From positions 53,978 to 117,977 of the forward strand of contig JAUCBJ010008529.1 in NCBI GenBank assembly GCA_032718475.1: 64,000 nucleotides of DNA. The letters run 5' to 3'. The DNA comes from Nemertoderma westbladi. Taxonomy: Eukaryota > Animalia > Xenacoelomorpha. Every line of letters starts with the position of its first letter. Position 1 is the stretch's first letter. Of the stretch, positions 15,001 through 27,816 are shown piece by piece. Position numbers and translations under genes: made by a program. The notes under the pieces were generated by a model. The model saw only the letters and a program-made list of their open reading frames with translations. It did not search any database and was not told the origin of the DNA.

Positions 15001-18000
15001 GTACAGCTGTATCTATTTATATCGATATGTACAGCTGTATCTATTTATATCTCGATGTACAGCTGTATCTATTTATATCGCTATGTACAGCTGTATCTAT
15101 TTATATCGCGATGTACAGCTGTAACTATTTATATCTCGATGTACAGCTGTATCTATTTATATCGAGATATACAGCTGTATCTATTTATATCTCGATGTAC
15201 AGCTGTATCTATTTATATCGATATGTACAGCTGTATCTATTTATATCTCGATGTACAGCTGTATCTATTTATATCGCTATGTACAGCTGTATCTATTTAT
15301 ATCGCGATGTACAGCTGTATCTATTTATATCGAGATATACAGCTGTATCTATTTATATCTCGATGTACAGCTGTAACTATTTATATCTCGATGTACAGCT
15401 GTATCTATTTATATCTCGATGTACAGCTGTATCTATTTATATCGCGATGTACAGCTGTATCTATTTATATCGCTATGTACAGCTGTATCTATTTATATCT
15501 CGATGTACAGCTGTATCTATTTATATCTCGATGTACAGCTGTATCTATTTATATCGATATGTACAGCTGTATCTATTTATATCGATATGTACAGCTGTAT
15601 CTATTTATATCGCGATGTACAGCTGTATCTATTTATATCGCTATGTACAGCTGTATCTATTTATATCGTTATGTACAGCTGTATCTATTTATATCGCTAT
15701 GTACAGCTGTATCTATTTATATCGAGATATACAGCTGTATCTATTTATATCTCGATGTACAGCTGTATCTATTTATATCGAGATATACAGCTGTATCTAT
15801 TTATATCTCGATGTACAGCTGTATCTATTTATATCGCTATGTACAGCTGTATCTATTTATATCGCGATGTACAGCTGTATCTATTTATATCGCTATGTAC
15901 AGCTGTATCTATTTATATTGATATGTACAGCTGTATCTATTTATATCGCGATGTACAGCTGTATCTATTTATATCGAGATATACAGCTGTATCTATTTAT
16001 ATCTCGATGTACAGCTGTATCTATTTATATCGCTATGTACAGCTGTATCTATTTATATCGCTATGTACAGCTGTATCTATTTATATCTCGATGTACAGCT
16101 GTATCTATTTATATCGCTATGTACAGCTGTATCTATTTATATCGCGATGTACAGCTGTAACTATTTATATCTCGATGTACAGCTGTATCTATTTATATCT
16201 CGATGTACAGCTGTATCTATTTATATCTCGATGTACAGCTGTATCTATTTATATCTCGATGTACAGCTGTATCTATTTATATCTCGATGTACAGCTGTAT
16301 CTATTTATATCGCTATGTACAGCTGTATCTATTTATATCGCGATGTACAGCTGTAACTATTTATATCTCGATGTACAGCTGTATCTATTTATATCGAGAT
16401 ATACAGCTGTATCTATTTATATTGATATGTACAGCTGTATCTATTTATATCGCGATGTACAGCTGTATCTATTTATATCGAGATATACAGCTGTATCTAT
16501 TTATATCTCGATGTACAGCTGTATCTATTTATATCGCTATGTACAGCTGTATCTATTTATATCGCTATGTACAGCTGTATCTATTTATATCTCGATGTAC
16601 AGCTGTATCTATTTATATCGCTATGTACAGCTGTATCTATTTATATCGCGATGTACAGCTGTAACTATTTATATCTCGATGTACAGCTGTATCTATTTAT
16701 ATCTCGATGTACAGCTGTATCTATTTATATCTCGATGTACAGCTGTATCTATTTATATCTCGATGTACAGCTGTATCTATTTATATCTCGATGTACAGCT
16801 GTATCTATTTATATCGCTATGTACAGCTGTATCTATTTATATCGCGATGTACAGCTGTAACTATTTATATCTCGATGTACAGCTGTATCTATTTATATCG
16901 AGATATACAGCTGTATCCATTTATATCTCGATGTACAGCTGTATCTATTTATATCGCTATGTACAGCTGTATCTATTTATATCGCGATGTACAGCTGTAT
17001 CTATTTATATCGAGATATACAGCTGTATCTATTTATATCTCGATGTACAGCTGTATCTATTTATATCTCGATGTACAGCTGTATCTATTTATATCGAGAT
17101 GTACAGCTGTATCTATTTATATCTCGATGTACAGCTGTATCTATTTATATCGCTATGTACAGCTGTATCTATTTATATCGCGATGTACAGCTGTAACTAT
17201 TTATATCTCGATATACAGCTGTATCTATTTATATCGATATGTACAGCTGTATCTATTTATATCGAGATATACAGCTGTATCTATTTATATCGCTATGTAC
17301 AGCTGTATCTATTTATATCGAGATATACAGCTGTATCTATTTATATCTCGATGTACAGCTGTATCTATTTATATCTCGATGTACAGCTGTATCTATTTAT
17401 ATCGCTATGTACAGCTGTATCTATTTATATCTCGATGTACAGCTGTATCTATTTATATCGAGATATACAGCTGTATCTATTTATATCTCGATGTACAGCT
17501 GTATCTATTTATATCTCGATGTACAGCTGTATCTATTTATATCGCTATGTACAGCTGTATCTATTTATATCGCGATGTACAGCTGTAACTATTTATATCT
17601 CGATGTACAGCTGTATCTATTTATATCGAGATATACAGCTGTATCTATTTATATCTCGATGTACAGCTGTATCTATTTATATCGCGATGTACAGCTGTAT
17701 CTATTTATATCGCTATGTACAGCTGTATCTATTTATATCGCTATGTACAGCTGTATCTATTTATATCTCGATGTACAGCTGTATCTATTTATATCTCGAT
17801 GTACAGCTGTATCTATTTATATCGCGATGTACAGCTGTATCTATTTATATCGCTATGTACAGCTGTATCTATTTATATCGCTATGTACAGCTGTATCTAT
17901 TTATATCTCGATGTACAGCTGTATCTATTTATATCGCGATGTACAGCTGTATCTATTTATATCGCTATGTACAGCTGTATCTATTTATATCGCTATGTAC

Positions 18001-21000
18001 AGCTGTATCTATTTATATCTCGATGTACAGCTGTATCTATTTATATCTCGATGTACAGCTGTATCTATTTATATCTCGATGTACAACTGTATCTATTTAT
18101 ATCTCGATGTACAGCTGTATCTATTTATATCTCGATGTACAGCTGTATCTATTTATATCTCGATGTACAGCTGTATCTATTTATATCTCGATGTACAGCT
18201 GTATCTATTTATATCTCGATATACAGCTGTATCTATTTATATCGATATGTACAGCTGTATCTATTTATATCGCTATGTACAGCTGTATCTATTTATATCG
18301 CGATGTACAGCTGTATCTATTTATATCTCGATGTACAGATGTATCTATTTATATCTCGATATACAGCTGTATCTATTTATATCGATATGTACAGCTGTAT
18401 CTATTTATATCGCTATGTACAGCTGTATCTATTTATATCTCGATATACAACTGTATCTATTTATATCGATATGTACAGCTGTATCTATTTATATCGCTAT
18501 GTACAGCTGTATCTATTTAAATCAATATGTACAGCTGTATCTATTTATATCGCGATGTACAGCTGTATCTATTTATATCTCGATATACAGCTGTATCTAT
18601 TTATATCGATATGTACAGCTGTATCTATTTATATCGCGATGTACAGCTGTATCTATTTATATCTCGATATACAGCTGTATCTATTTATATCGATATGTAC
18701 AGCTGTATCTATTTATATCGCGATGTACAGCTGTATCTATTTATATCAATATGTACAGCTGTATCTATTTATATCGCGATGTACAGCTGTATCTATTTAT
18801 ATCTCGATATACAGCTGTATCTATTTATATCGCTATGTACAGCTGTATCTATTTAAATCAATATGTACAGCTGTATCTATTTATATCGCGATGTAAAGCT
18901 GTATCTATTTATATCTCGATATACAGCTGTATCTATTTATATCGATATGTACAGCTGTATCTATTTATATCGCGATGTACAGCTGTATCTATTTATATCT
19001 CGATATACAGCTGTATCTATTTATATCGATATGTACAGCTGTATCTATTTATATCTCGATGTACAGCTGTATCTATTTATATCGCGATGTACAGCTGTAT
19101 CTATTTATATCAATATGTACAGCTGTATCTATTTATATCGCGATGTACAGCTGTATCTATTTATATCTCGATATACAGCTGTATCTATTTATATCGATAT
19201 GTACAGCTGTATCTATTTATATCGCTATGTACAGCTGTATCTATTTATATCGCTATGTACAGCTGTATCTATCTATATCGCTATGTACAGCTGTATCTAT
19301 TTATATCGCTATGTACAGCTGTATCTATTTATATCGAGATATACAGCTGTATCTATTTATATCTCGATGTACAGCTGTATCTATTTATATCGCTATGTAC
19401 AGCTGTATCTATTTATATCGCTATGTACAGCTGTATCTATTTATATCTCGATGTACAGCTGTATCTATTTATATCGCGATGTACAGCTGTATCTATTTAT
19501 ATCTCGATGTACAGCTGTATCTATTTATATCGCGATGTACAGCTGTATCTATTTATATCAATATGTACAGCTGTATCTATTTATATCGCGATGTACAGCT
19601 GTATCTATTTATATCTCGATATACAGCTGTATCTATTTATATCGATATGTACAGCTGTATCTATCTATATCGCTATGTACAGCTGTATCTATTTATATCG
19701 CTATGTACAACTGTATCTATTTATATTGCGATGTACAGCTGTATCTATTTATATCGCGATGTACAGCTGTATCTATTTATATCGCTATGTACAGCTGTAT
19801 CTATTTATATCGCGATGTACAGCTGTATCTATTTATATCGCTATGTACAACTGTATCTATTTATATCGAGATATACAGCTGTATCTATGTATATCTCGAT
19901 GTACAGCTGTATCTATTTATATCGCGATGTACAGCTGTATCTATTTATATCTCGATATACAGCTGTATCTATTTATATCGATATGTACAGCTGTATCTAT
20001 TTATATCGCTATGTACAGCTGTATCTATTTATATCGCTATGTACAGCTGTATCTATTTATATCGCGATGTACAGCTGTATCTATTTATATCGCGATGTAC
20101 AGCTGTATCTATTTATATCTCGATATACAGCTGTATCTATTTATATCGATATGTACAGCTGTATCTATTTATATCGCTATGTACAGCTGTATCTATTTAT
20201 ATCTCGATGTACAGCTGTATCTATTTATATCGCGATGTACAGCTGTATCTATTTATATCTCGATATACAGCTGTATCTATTTATATCTCGATGTACAGCT
20301 GTATCTATTTATATCGCGATGTACAGCTGTATCTATTTATATCGCGATGTACAGCTGTATCTATTTATATCGCGATGTACAGCTGTATCTATTTATATCG
20401 ATATGTACAGCTGTATCTATTTATATCGATATGTACAGCTGTATCTATTTATATCGCTATGTACAGCTGTATCTATTTATATCTCGATGTACAGCTGTAT
20501 CTATTTATATCGCGATGTACAGCTGTATCTATTTATATCGCGATGTACAGCTGTATCTATTTATATCGATATGTACAGCTGTATCTATTTATATCGATAT
20601 GTACAGCTGTATCTATTTATATCGCTATGTACAGCTGTATCTATTTATATCTCGATGTACAGCTGTATCTATTTATATCGCGATGTACAGCTGTATCTAT
20701 TTATATCTCGATATACAGCTGTATCTATTTATATCTCGATGTACAGCTGTATCTATTTATATCGCGATGTACAGCTGTATCTATTTATATCGCGATGTAC
20801 AGCTGTATCTATTTATATCGCGATGTACAGCTGTATCTATTTATATCGATATGTACAGCTGTATCTATTTATATCGATATGTACAGCTGTATCTATTTAT
20901 ATCTCGATATACAGCTGTATCTATTTATATCTCGATGTACAGCTGTATCTATTTATATCGCGATGTACAGCTGTATCTATTTATATCGCGATGTACAGCT

Positions 21001-24000
21001 GTATCTATTTATATCGCGATGTACAGCTGTATCTATTTATATCGATATGTACAGCTGTATCTATTTATATCGCTATGTACAGCTGTATCTATTTATATCG
21101 AGATATACAGCTGTATCTATTTATATCGCGATGTACAGCTGTATCTATTTATATCGATATGTACAGCTGTATCTATTTATATCGAGATATACAGCTGTAT
21201 CTATTTATATCGCGATGTACAGCTGTATCTATTTATATCGCGATGTACAGCTGTATCTATTTATATCGCTATGTACAGCTGTATCTATTTATATCTCGAT
21301 ATACAGCTGTATCTATTTATATCGATATGTACAGCTGTATCTATTTATATCGATATGTACAGCTGTATCTATCTATATCGCGATGTACAGCTGTATCTAT
21401 TTATATCGCTATGTACAGCTGTATCTATTTATATCGATATGTACAGCTGTATCTATTTATATCGCGATGTACAGCTGTATCTATTTATATCTCGATGTAC
21501 AGCTGTATCTATTTATATCGATATGTACAGCTGTATCTATTTATATCGCTATGTACAGCTGTATCTCTTTATATCGCGATGTACAGCTGTATCTATTTAT
21601 ATCGCGATGTACAGCTGTATCTATTTATATCGCTATGTACAGCTGTATCTATTTATATCGATATGTACAGCTGTATCTATTTATATCGATATGTACAGCT
21701 GTATCTATTTATATCGCTATGTACAGCTGTATCTATTTATATCGATATGTACAGCTGTATCTATTTATATCAATATGTACAGCTGTATCTATTTATATCG
21801 CTATGTACAGCTGTATCTATTTATATCGCAATGTACAGCTGTATCTATTTATATCGCGATGTACAGCTGTATCTATTTATATCGCTATGTACAGCTGTAT
21901 CTATTTATATCGATATGTACAGCTGTATCTATTTATATCGCTATGTACAGCTGTATCTATTTATATCGCAATGTACAGCTGTATCTATTTATATCGCGAT
22001 GTACAGCTGTATCTATTTATATCTCGATATACAGCTGTATCTATTTATATCGATATGTACAGCTGTATCTATTTATATCGCTATGTACAGCTGTATCTAT
22101 TTATATCGAGATATACAGCTGTATCTATTTATATCTCGATGTACAGCTGTATCTATTTATATCGCGATGTACAGCTGTATCTATTTATATCGCGATGTAC
22201 AGCTGTATCTATTTATATCGCGATGTACAGCTGTATCTATTTATATCGATATGTACAGCTGTATCTATTTATATCGCTATGTACAGCTGTATCTATTTAT
22301 ATCGAGATATACAGCTGTATCTATTTATATCGCGATGTACAGCTGTATCTATTTATATCGCGATGTACAGCTGTATCTATTTATATCGATATGTACAGCT
22401 GTATCTATTTATATCGAGATATACAGCTGTATCTATTTATATCGCGATGTACAGCTGTATCTATTTATATCGCGATGTACAGCTGTATCTATTTATATCG
22501 CTATGTACAGCTGTATCTATTTATATCTCGATATACAGCTGTATCTATTTATATCGATATGTACAGCTGTATCTATTTATATCGATATGTACAGCTGTAT
22601 CTATCTATATCGCGATGTACAGCTGTATCTATTTATATCGCTATGTACAGCTGTATCTATTTATATCGATATGTACAGCTGTATCTATTTATATCGCGAT
22701 GTACAGCTGTATCTATTTATATCTCGATGTACAGCTGTATCTATTTATATCGATATGTACAGCTGTATCTATTTATATCGCTATGTACAGCTGTATCTCT
22801 TTATATCGCGATGTACAGCTGTATCTATTTATATCGCGATGTACAGCTGTATCTATTTATATCGCTATGTACAGCTGTATCTATTTATATCGATATGTAC
22901 AGCTGTATCTATTTATATCGATATGTACAGCTGTATCTATTTATATCGCTATGTACAGCTGTATCTATTTATATCGATATGTACAGCTGTATCTATTTAT
23001 ATCAATATGTACAGCTGTATCTATTTATATCGCTATGTACAGCTGTATCTATTTATATCGCAATGTACAGCTGTATCTATTTATATCGCGATGTACAGCT
23101 GTATCTATTTATATCAATATGTACAGCTGTATCTATTTATATCGCGATGTACAGCTGTATCTATTTATATCTCGATGTACAGCTGTATCTATTTATATCG
23201 CGATGTACAGCTGTATCTATTAATATCGATATGTACAGCTGTATCTATTTATATCGATATGTACAGCTGTATCTATTTATATCGCTATGTACAACTGTAT
23301 CTATTTATATCGCGATGTACAGCTGTATCTATTTATATCGCGATGTACAGCTGTATCTATTTATATCGCGATGTACAGCTGTATCTATTTATATCGATAT
23401 GTACAGCTGTATCTATTTATATCGCGATGTACAGCTGTATCTATTTATATCTCGATGTACAGCTGTATCTATTTATATCGCTATGTACAGCTGTATCTAT
23501 TTATATCGCGATGTACAGCTGTATCTATTTATATCGCGATGTACAGCTGTATCTATTTATATCGATATGTACAGCTGTATCTATTTATATCGCGATGTAC
23601 AGCTGTATCTATTTATATCTCGATGTACAGCTGTATCTATTTATATCGCTATGTACAGCTGTATCTATTTATATCGCTATGTACAGCTGTATCTCTTTAT
23701 ATCGCGATGTACAGCTGTATCTATTTATATCGCGATGTACAGCTGTATCTATTTATATCGCTATGTACAGCTGTATCTATTTATATCGATATGTACAGCT
23801 GTATCTATTTATATCGATATGTACAGCTGTATCTATTTATATCGCTGTGTACAGCTGTATCTATTTATATCGCGATGTACAGCTGTATCTATTTATATCG
23901 ATATGTACAGCTGTATCTATTTATATCGATATGTACAGCTGTATCTATTTATATCGATATGTACAGCTGTATCTATTTATATCGATATGTACAGCTGTAT

Positions 24001-24695
24001 CTATTTATATCGATATGTACAGCTGTATCTATTTATATCGCTGTGTACAGCTGTATCTATTTATATCACGATGTACAGCTGTATCTATTTATATCGCGAT
24101 GTACAGCTGTATCTATTTATATCGCGATGTACAGCTGTATCTATTTATATCGCGATGTACAGCTGTATCTATTTATATCGCGATGTACAGCTGTATCTAT
24201 TTATATCGCGATGTACAGCTGTATCTATTTATATCGATATGTACAGCTGTATCTATTTATATCGATATGTACAGCTGTATCTATTTATATCGATATGTAC
24301 AGCTGTATCTATTTATATCGCTGTGTACAGCTGTATCTATTTATATCGCGATGTACAGCTGTATCTATTTATATCGATATGTACAGCTGTATCTATTTAT
24401 ATCGATATGTACAGCTGTATCTATTTATATCGATATGTACAGCTGTATCTATTTATATCGCTATGTACAGCTGTATCTATTTATATCGCGATGTACAGCT
24501 GTATCTATTTATATCGATATGTACAGCTGTATCTATTTATATCGCGATGTACAGCTGTATCTATTTATATCGCGATGTACAGCTGTATCTATTTATATCT
24601 CGATATACAGCTGTATCTATTTATATCGATATGTACAGCTGTATCTATTTATATCGCTATGTACAGCTGTATATATTTATATCGCGATGTATAGC
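1..24695. repeat. 28-bp satellite array, ~880 monomers, consensus TATTTATATCGCGATGTACAGCTGTATC; continues beyond the window start
   Basis: Directly visible 28-bp periodicity. Variation is concentrated in ATATC[GCGA/GCTA/GATA/TCGA/GAGA]T[G/A]. One phase-shifting 5-bp insertion near 1961. Ends ~33 bp upstream of the splice acceptor at 24727-24728. Confidence 0.99.
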
Positions 24696-24728
24696 TTACA
24701 ATTTTTTCAATTATTTTTATGTCAATAG

Positions 24729-24951
24729 GGTTTACGGGTTAAAATCAGCAGTAGAGGGGCCTGTTGATGGCCCTGTTGCCCCTGGCAACTACATCGATTC
24801 CCTATCAACGCTCCATGTGTACATCGAGTTAGCCCATTCTCTACACGAGTTTGTTCCTATAGAAACACCCATCGATATTGGATTCCAAGGATGCCCATAT
24901 TCTAGAATTATTATTGTCTGCAACGCTGAATATGAAACATTTATTCGACAG
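24729..24951 (+). CDS. CFAP92: CFAP92-like gene, exon A (first exon visible; upstream exons lie outside the window)
   Basis: caatAG| ... CGACAG|GTAAGT. Encodes VYGLKSAVEGPVDGPVAPGNYIDSLSTLHVYIELAHSL...CPYSRIIIVC...IRQ, resembling the recalled CFAP92 PGNY..CPFGRII segment. 223 nt, ends in phase 0. Confidence 0.8.
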
Positions 24952-25591
24952 GTAAGTTAAGGTAAACACTTACTACGTTTCTATAGTAACGTGGTATGTA
25001 TTAATCGTATTGAATAAATAATTTAGTATCGAAAGTTCAGTTTTTTACTGAATTTGAAAGTTTTTTTTCATTTAAAATTTTAAGTTGCCCGTTAGTTGGT
25101 GTGAGTGCGATATCCTTTGTGTTTTTTTTCGATTACACAAATAGTTTTTCAAACACTAGGCATATTTCGAAATTTTCTGTTCCTTTACTGTTAATTCTTG
25201 TGACAATAAGTGCTCATATTTCCTTTTTTTTTTGTTTTCGGCCCACTGGTCTCTGTTGCTTTCATTACATGGAGGTTTTTACTTTGAGATTTTAACCCTT
25301 TAGCGGCAGAAAGAATTGAAGAAGCCTGTTTGTATGTTGATTTAAAAAAAATACCTAATTTGTTTTGTTGAAGAAAGTCAAATGTGCCGAGAAATGAGCA
25401 ATGAAATAGAAAACAGACAGACGGACTGCCAGTACAAACAGACAGACGGACTGCTAGCTATCCATCTCGTAATGCCACCAGTCTTATAAAGTTGTACATA
25501 AAGAGCTACGTAACATCACTTTATACCTATTGAATTACATAATATAATTAATGTCACTAATTAGGTTTTATTTAAATTGAACCTTTCTCAG

Positions 25592-25775
25592 GTGGAGACC
25601 AAAGTGAAGCAATGTAACGCCAGAGCTTTAGGCTTCCAGGATATGTCAGAACATCTGCTAGAGGCGTCTCTGTGCACCCACAGACTTACTCCACAGCAGA
25701 AGGAAAACTTCCAACTTGACATCATCACCGGTTTCCACATGTACGACGGAGCCATCCATATATTATCATTGGAAG
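25592..25775 (+). CDS. CFAP92: CFAP92-like exon B
   Basis: tttctcAG|GTG ... TTGGAAG|GTTCGT. Encodes VETKVKQCNARALGF...LDIITGFHMYDGAIHILSLE-G, matching the recalled motif NAKALGL...LDVLTGFHLLDGKTHLFILEG. 184 nt, phase 0 to 1. Confidence 0.85.
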
Positions 25776-26040
25776 GTTCGTTTACACAATACAAATTACA
25801 TTTAATTTAATTAAAATCAATTAAATCTATATAACTAAGATATATAACAAACTGGAAGGTTTACAACCTTATAATCCATCTCATTAGTTAATATATGATT
25901 GAATATGAAAGATTCACCCAGCAATCGGTATATGTTGTTAAAATCCCTATGTAGAATATCACACAAAAGCAAATAAATATTCGAAAAATTAGTTTCATTT
26001 TCCCCCAATTAATCGGTTGAACTATGAAATGTTAAATTTG

Positions 26041-27542
26041 CAGCTGAATGGTTTCCGTTAAAGTGACATACAGCTGAACGGTTTCCGTTAAAGTGACATA
26101 CAGCTGAATGGTTTCCGTTAAAGTGAAATACAGCTGAATGGTTTCCGTTAAAGTGGCATACAGCTGATTGGTTTCCGTTTAAGTGACATACAGATGAATG
26201 GTTTCCGTTAAAGTGGCATACAGCTGATTGGTTTCCGTTAAAGTGGCATACAGCTGATTGGTTTCCGTTTAAGTGACATACAGATGAATGGTTTCCGTTA
26301 AAGTGGCATACAGCTGATTGGTTTCCGTTAAAGTGACATACAGATGAATGGTTTCCGTTAAAGTGGCATACAGCGGATTGGTTTCCGTTAAAGTGATATA
26401 CAGCTGATTGGTTTCCGTTAAAGTGATATACAGCTGAATGGTCTTCCGTTAAAGTGACATACAGATGAATGGTTTCCGTTAAAGTGACATACAGCTGAAT
26501 GGTTTCCGTTAAAGTGACATACAGCTGAATGGTTTCCGTTAAAGTGACATAAAGCTGAATGGTTTCCGTTAAAGTGACATACAGCTGAATGGTTTCCGTT
26601 AAAGTGACATACAGCTGAATGGTTTCCGTTAAAGTGACATACAGCTGATTGGTTTCCGTTAAAGTGACATACAGATGAATGGTTTCCGTTAAAGTGGCAT
26701 ACAGCGGATTGGTTTCCGTTAAAGTGATATACAGCTGAATGGTCTTCCGTTAAAGTGGCATACAGCTGAATGGTTTCCGTTAAAGTGACATACAGCTGAA
26801 TGGTTTCCGTTAAAGTGACATACAGCTGAATGGTTTCCGTTAAAGTGACATACAGCTGATTGGTTTCCGTTAAAGTGACATACAGATGAATGGTTTCCGT
26901 TAAAGTGGCATACAGCGGATTGGTTTCCGTTAAAGTGATATACAGCTGAATGGTCTTCCGTTAAAGTGGCATACAGCTGATTGGTTTCCGTTTAAGTGAC
27001 ATACAGATGAATGGTTTCCGTTAAAGTGGCATACAGCTGATTGGTTTCCGTTAAAGTGACATACAGATGAATGGTTTCCGTTAAAGTGGCATACAGCGGA
27101 TTGGTTTCCGTTAAAGTGATATACAGCTGAATGGTCTTCCGTTAAAGTGACATACAGCTGAATGGTTTCCGTTAGAGTGTCATACAGCTGAATGGTTTCC
27201 GTTAAAGTGACATACAGCTGAATGGTTTCCGTTAAAGTGACATAAAGCTGAATGGTTTCCGTTAAAGTGACATACAGCTGAATGGTTTCCGTTAAAGTGA
27301 CATACAGCTGAATGGTTTCCGTTAAAGTGACATACAGCTGATTGGTTTCCGTTAAAGTGACATACAGCTGAATGGTTTCCGTTAAAGTTACATACAGCTG
27401 AATGGTTTCCATTAAAGTGACATACAGCTGAATGGTTTCCGTTAAAGTGACATACAGCTGATTGGTTTCCGTTAAAGTGATATACAGCTGAATGGTTTCC
27501 GTTAAAGTGACATACAGCTGAATGATTTCCGTTAAAGTGACA
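26041..27542. repeat. 30-bp intronic minisatellite (CAGCTGAATGGTTTCCGTTAAAGTGACATA), ~50 copies
   Basis: Direct periodicity; occasional 31-bp units (GGTCTTCC). Confidence 0.98.
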
Positions 27543-27816
27543 ATCGCAGGTGTTTCACATTAGATATAGGTTAAGTAGAATTTAAATAATATTGATGGGG
27601 GGGGGGGGGATACTTGTTATATTAAGGGTGTGATGGTGTACAGCGATACATATATTTTATTTTGCTTAAATTGTTCATCTGTTTTATTTTAAAATTGCAA
27701 AATTCTTTGCTTAATTCAAAGTAAATATCCTCAATTCTATTTGCGTTCCCACTATTGTTGTTGTGCTTCTATAGGAATATTATTGTACATACTAAGAAGA
27801 TCTAACGCTTACAGCA

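Noticed and set aside
14-24728. Giant plus-strand ORFs (up to 2925 aa, MYSCIYLYRDVQLYLFIS...)
   Set aside because: The 28-bp monomer lacks plus-strand stops, so all three frames are open with the same peptide; a satellite artefact.
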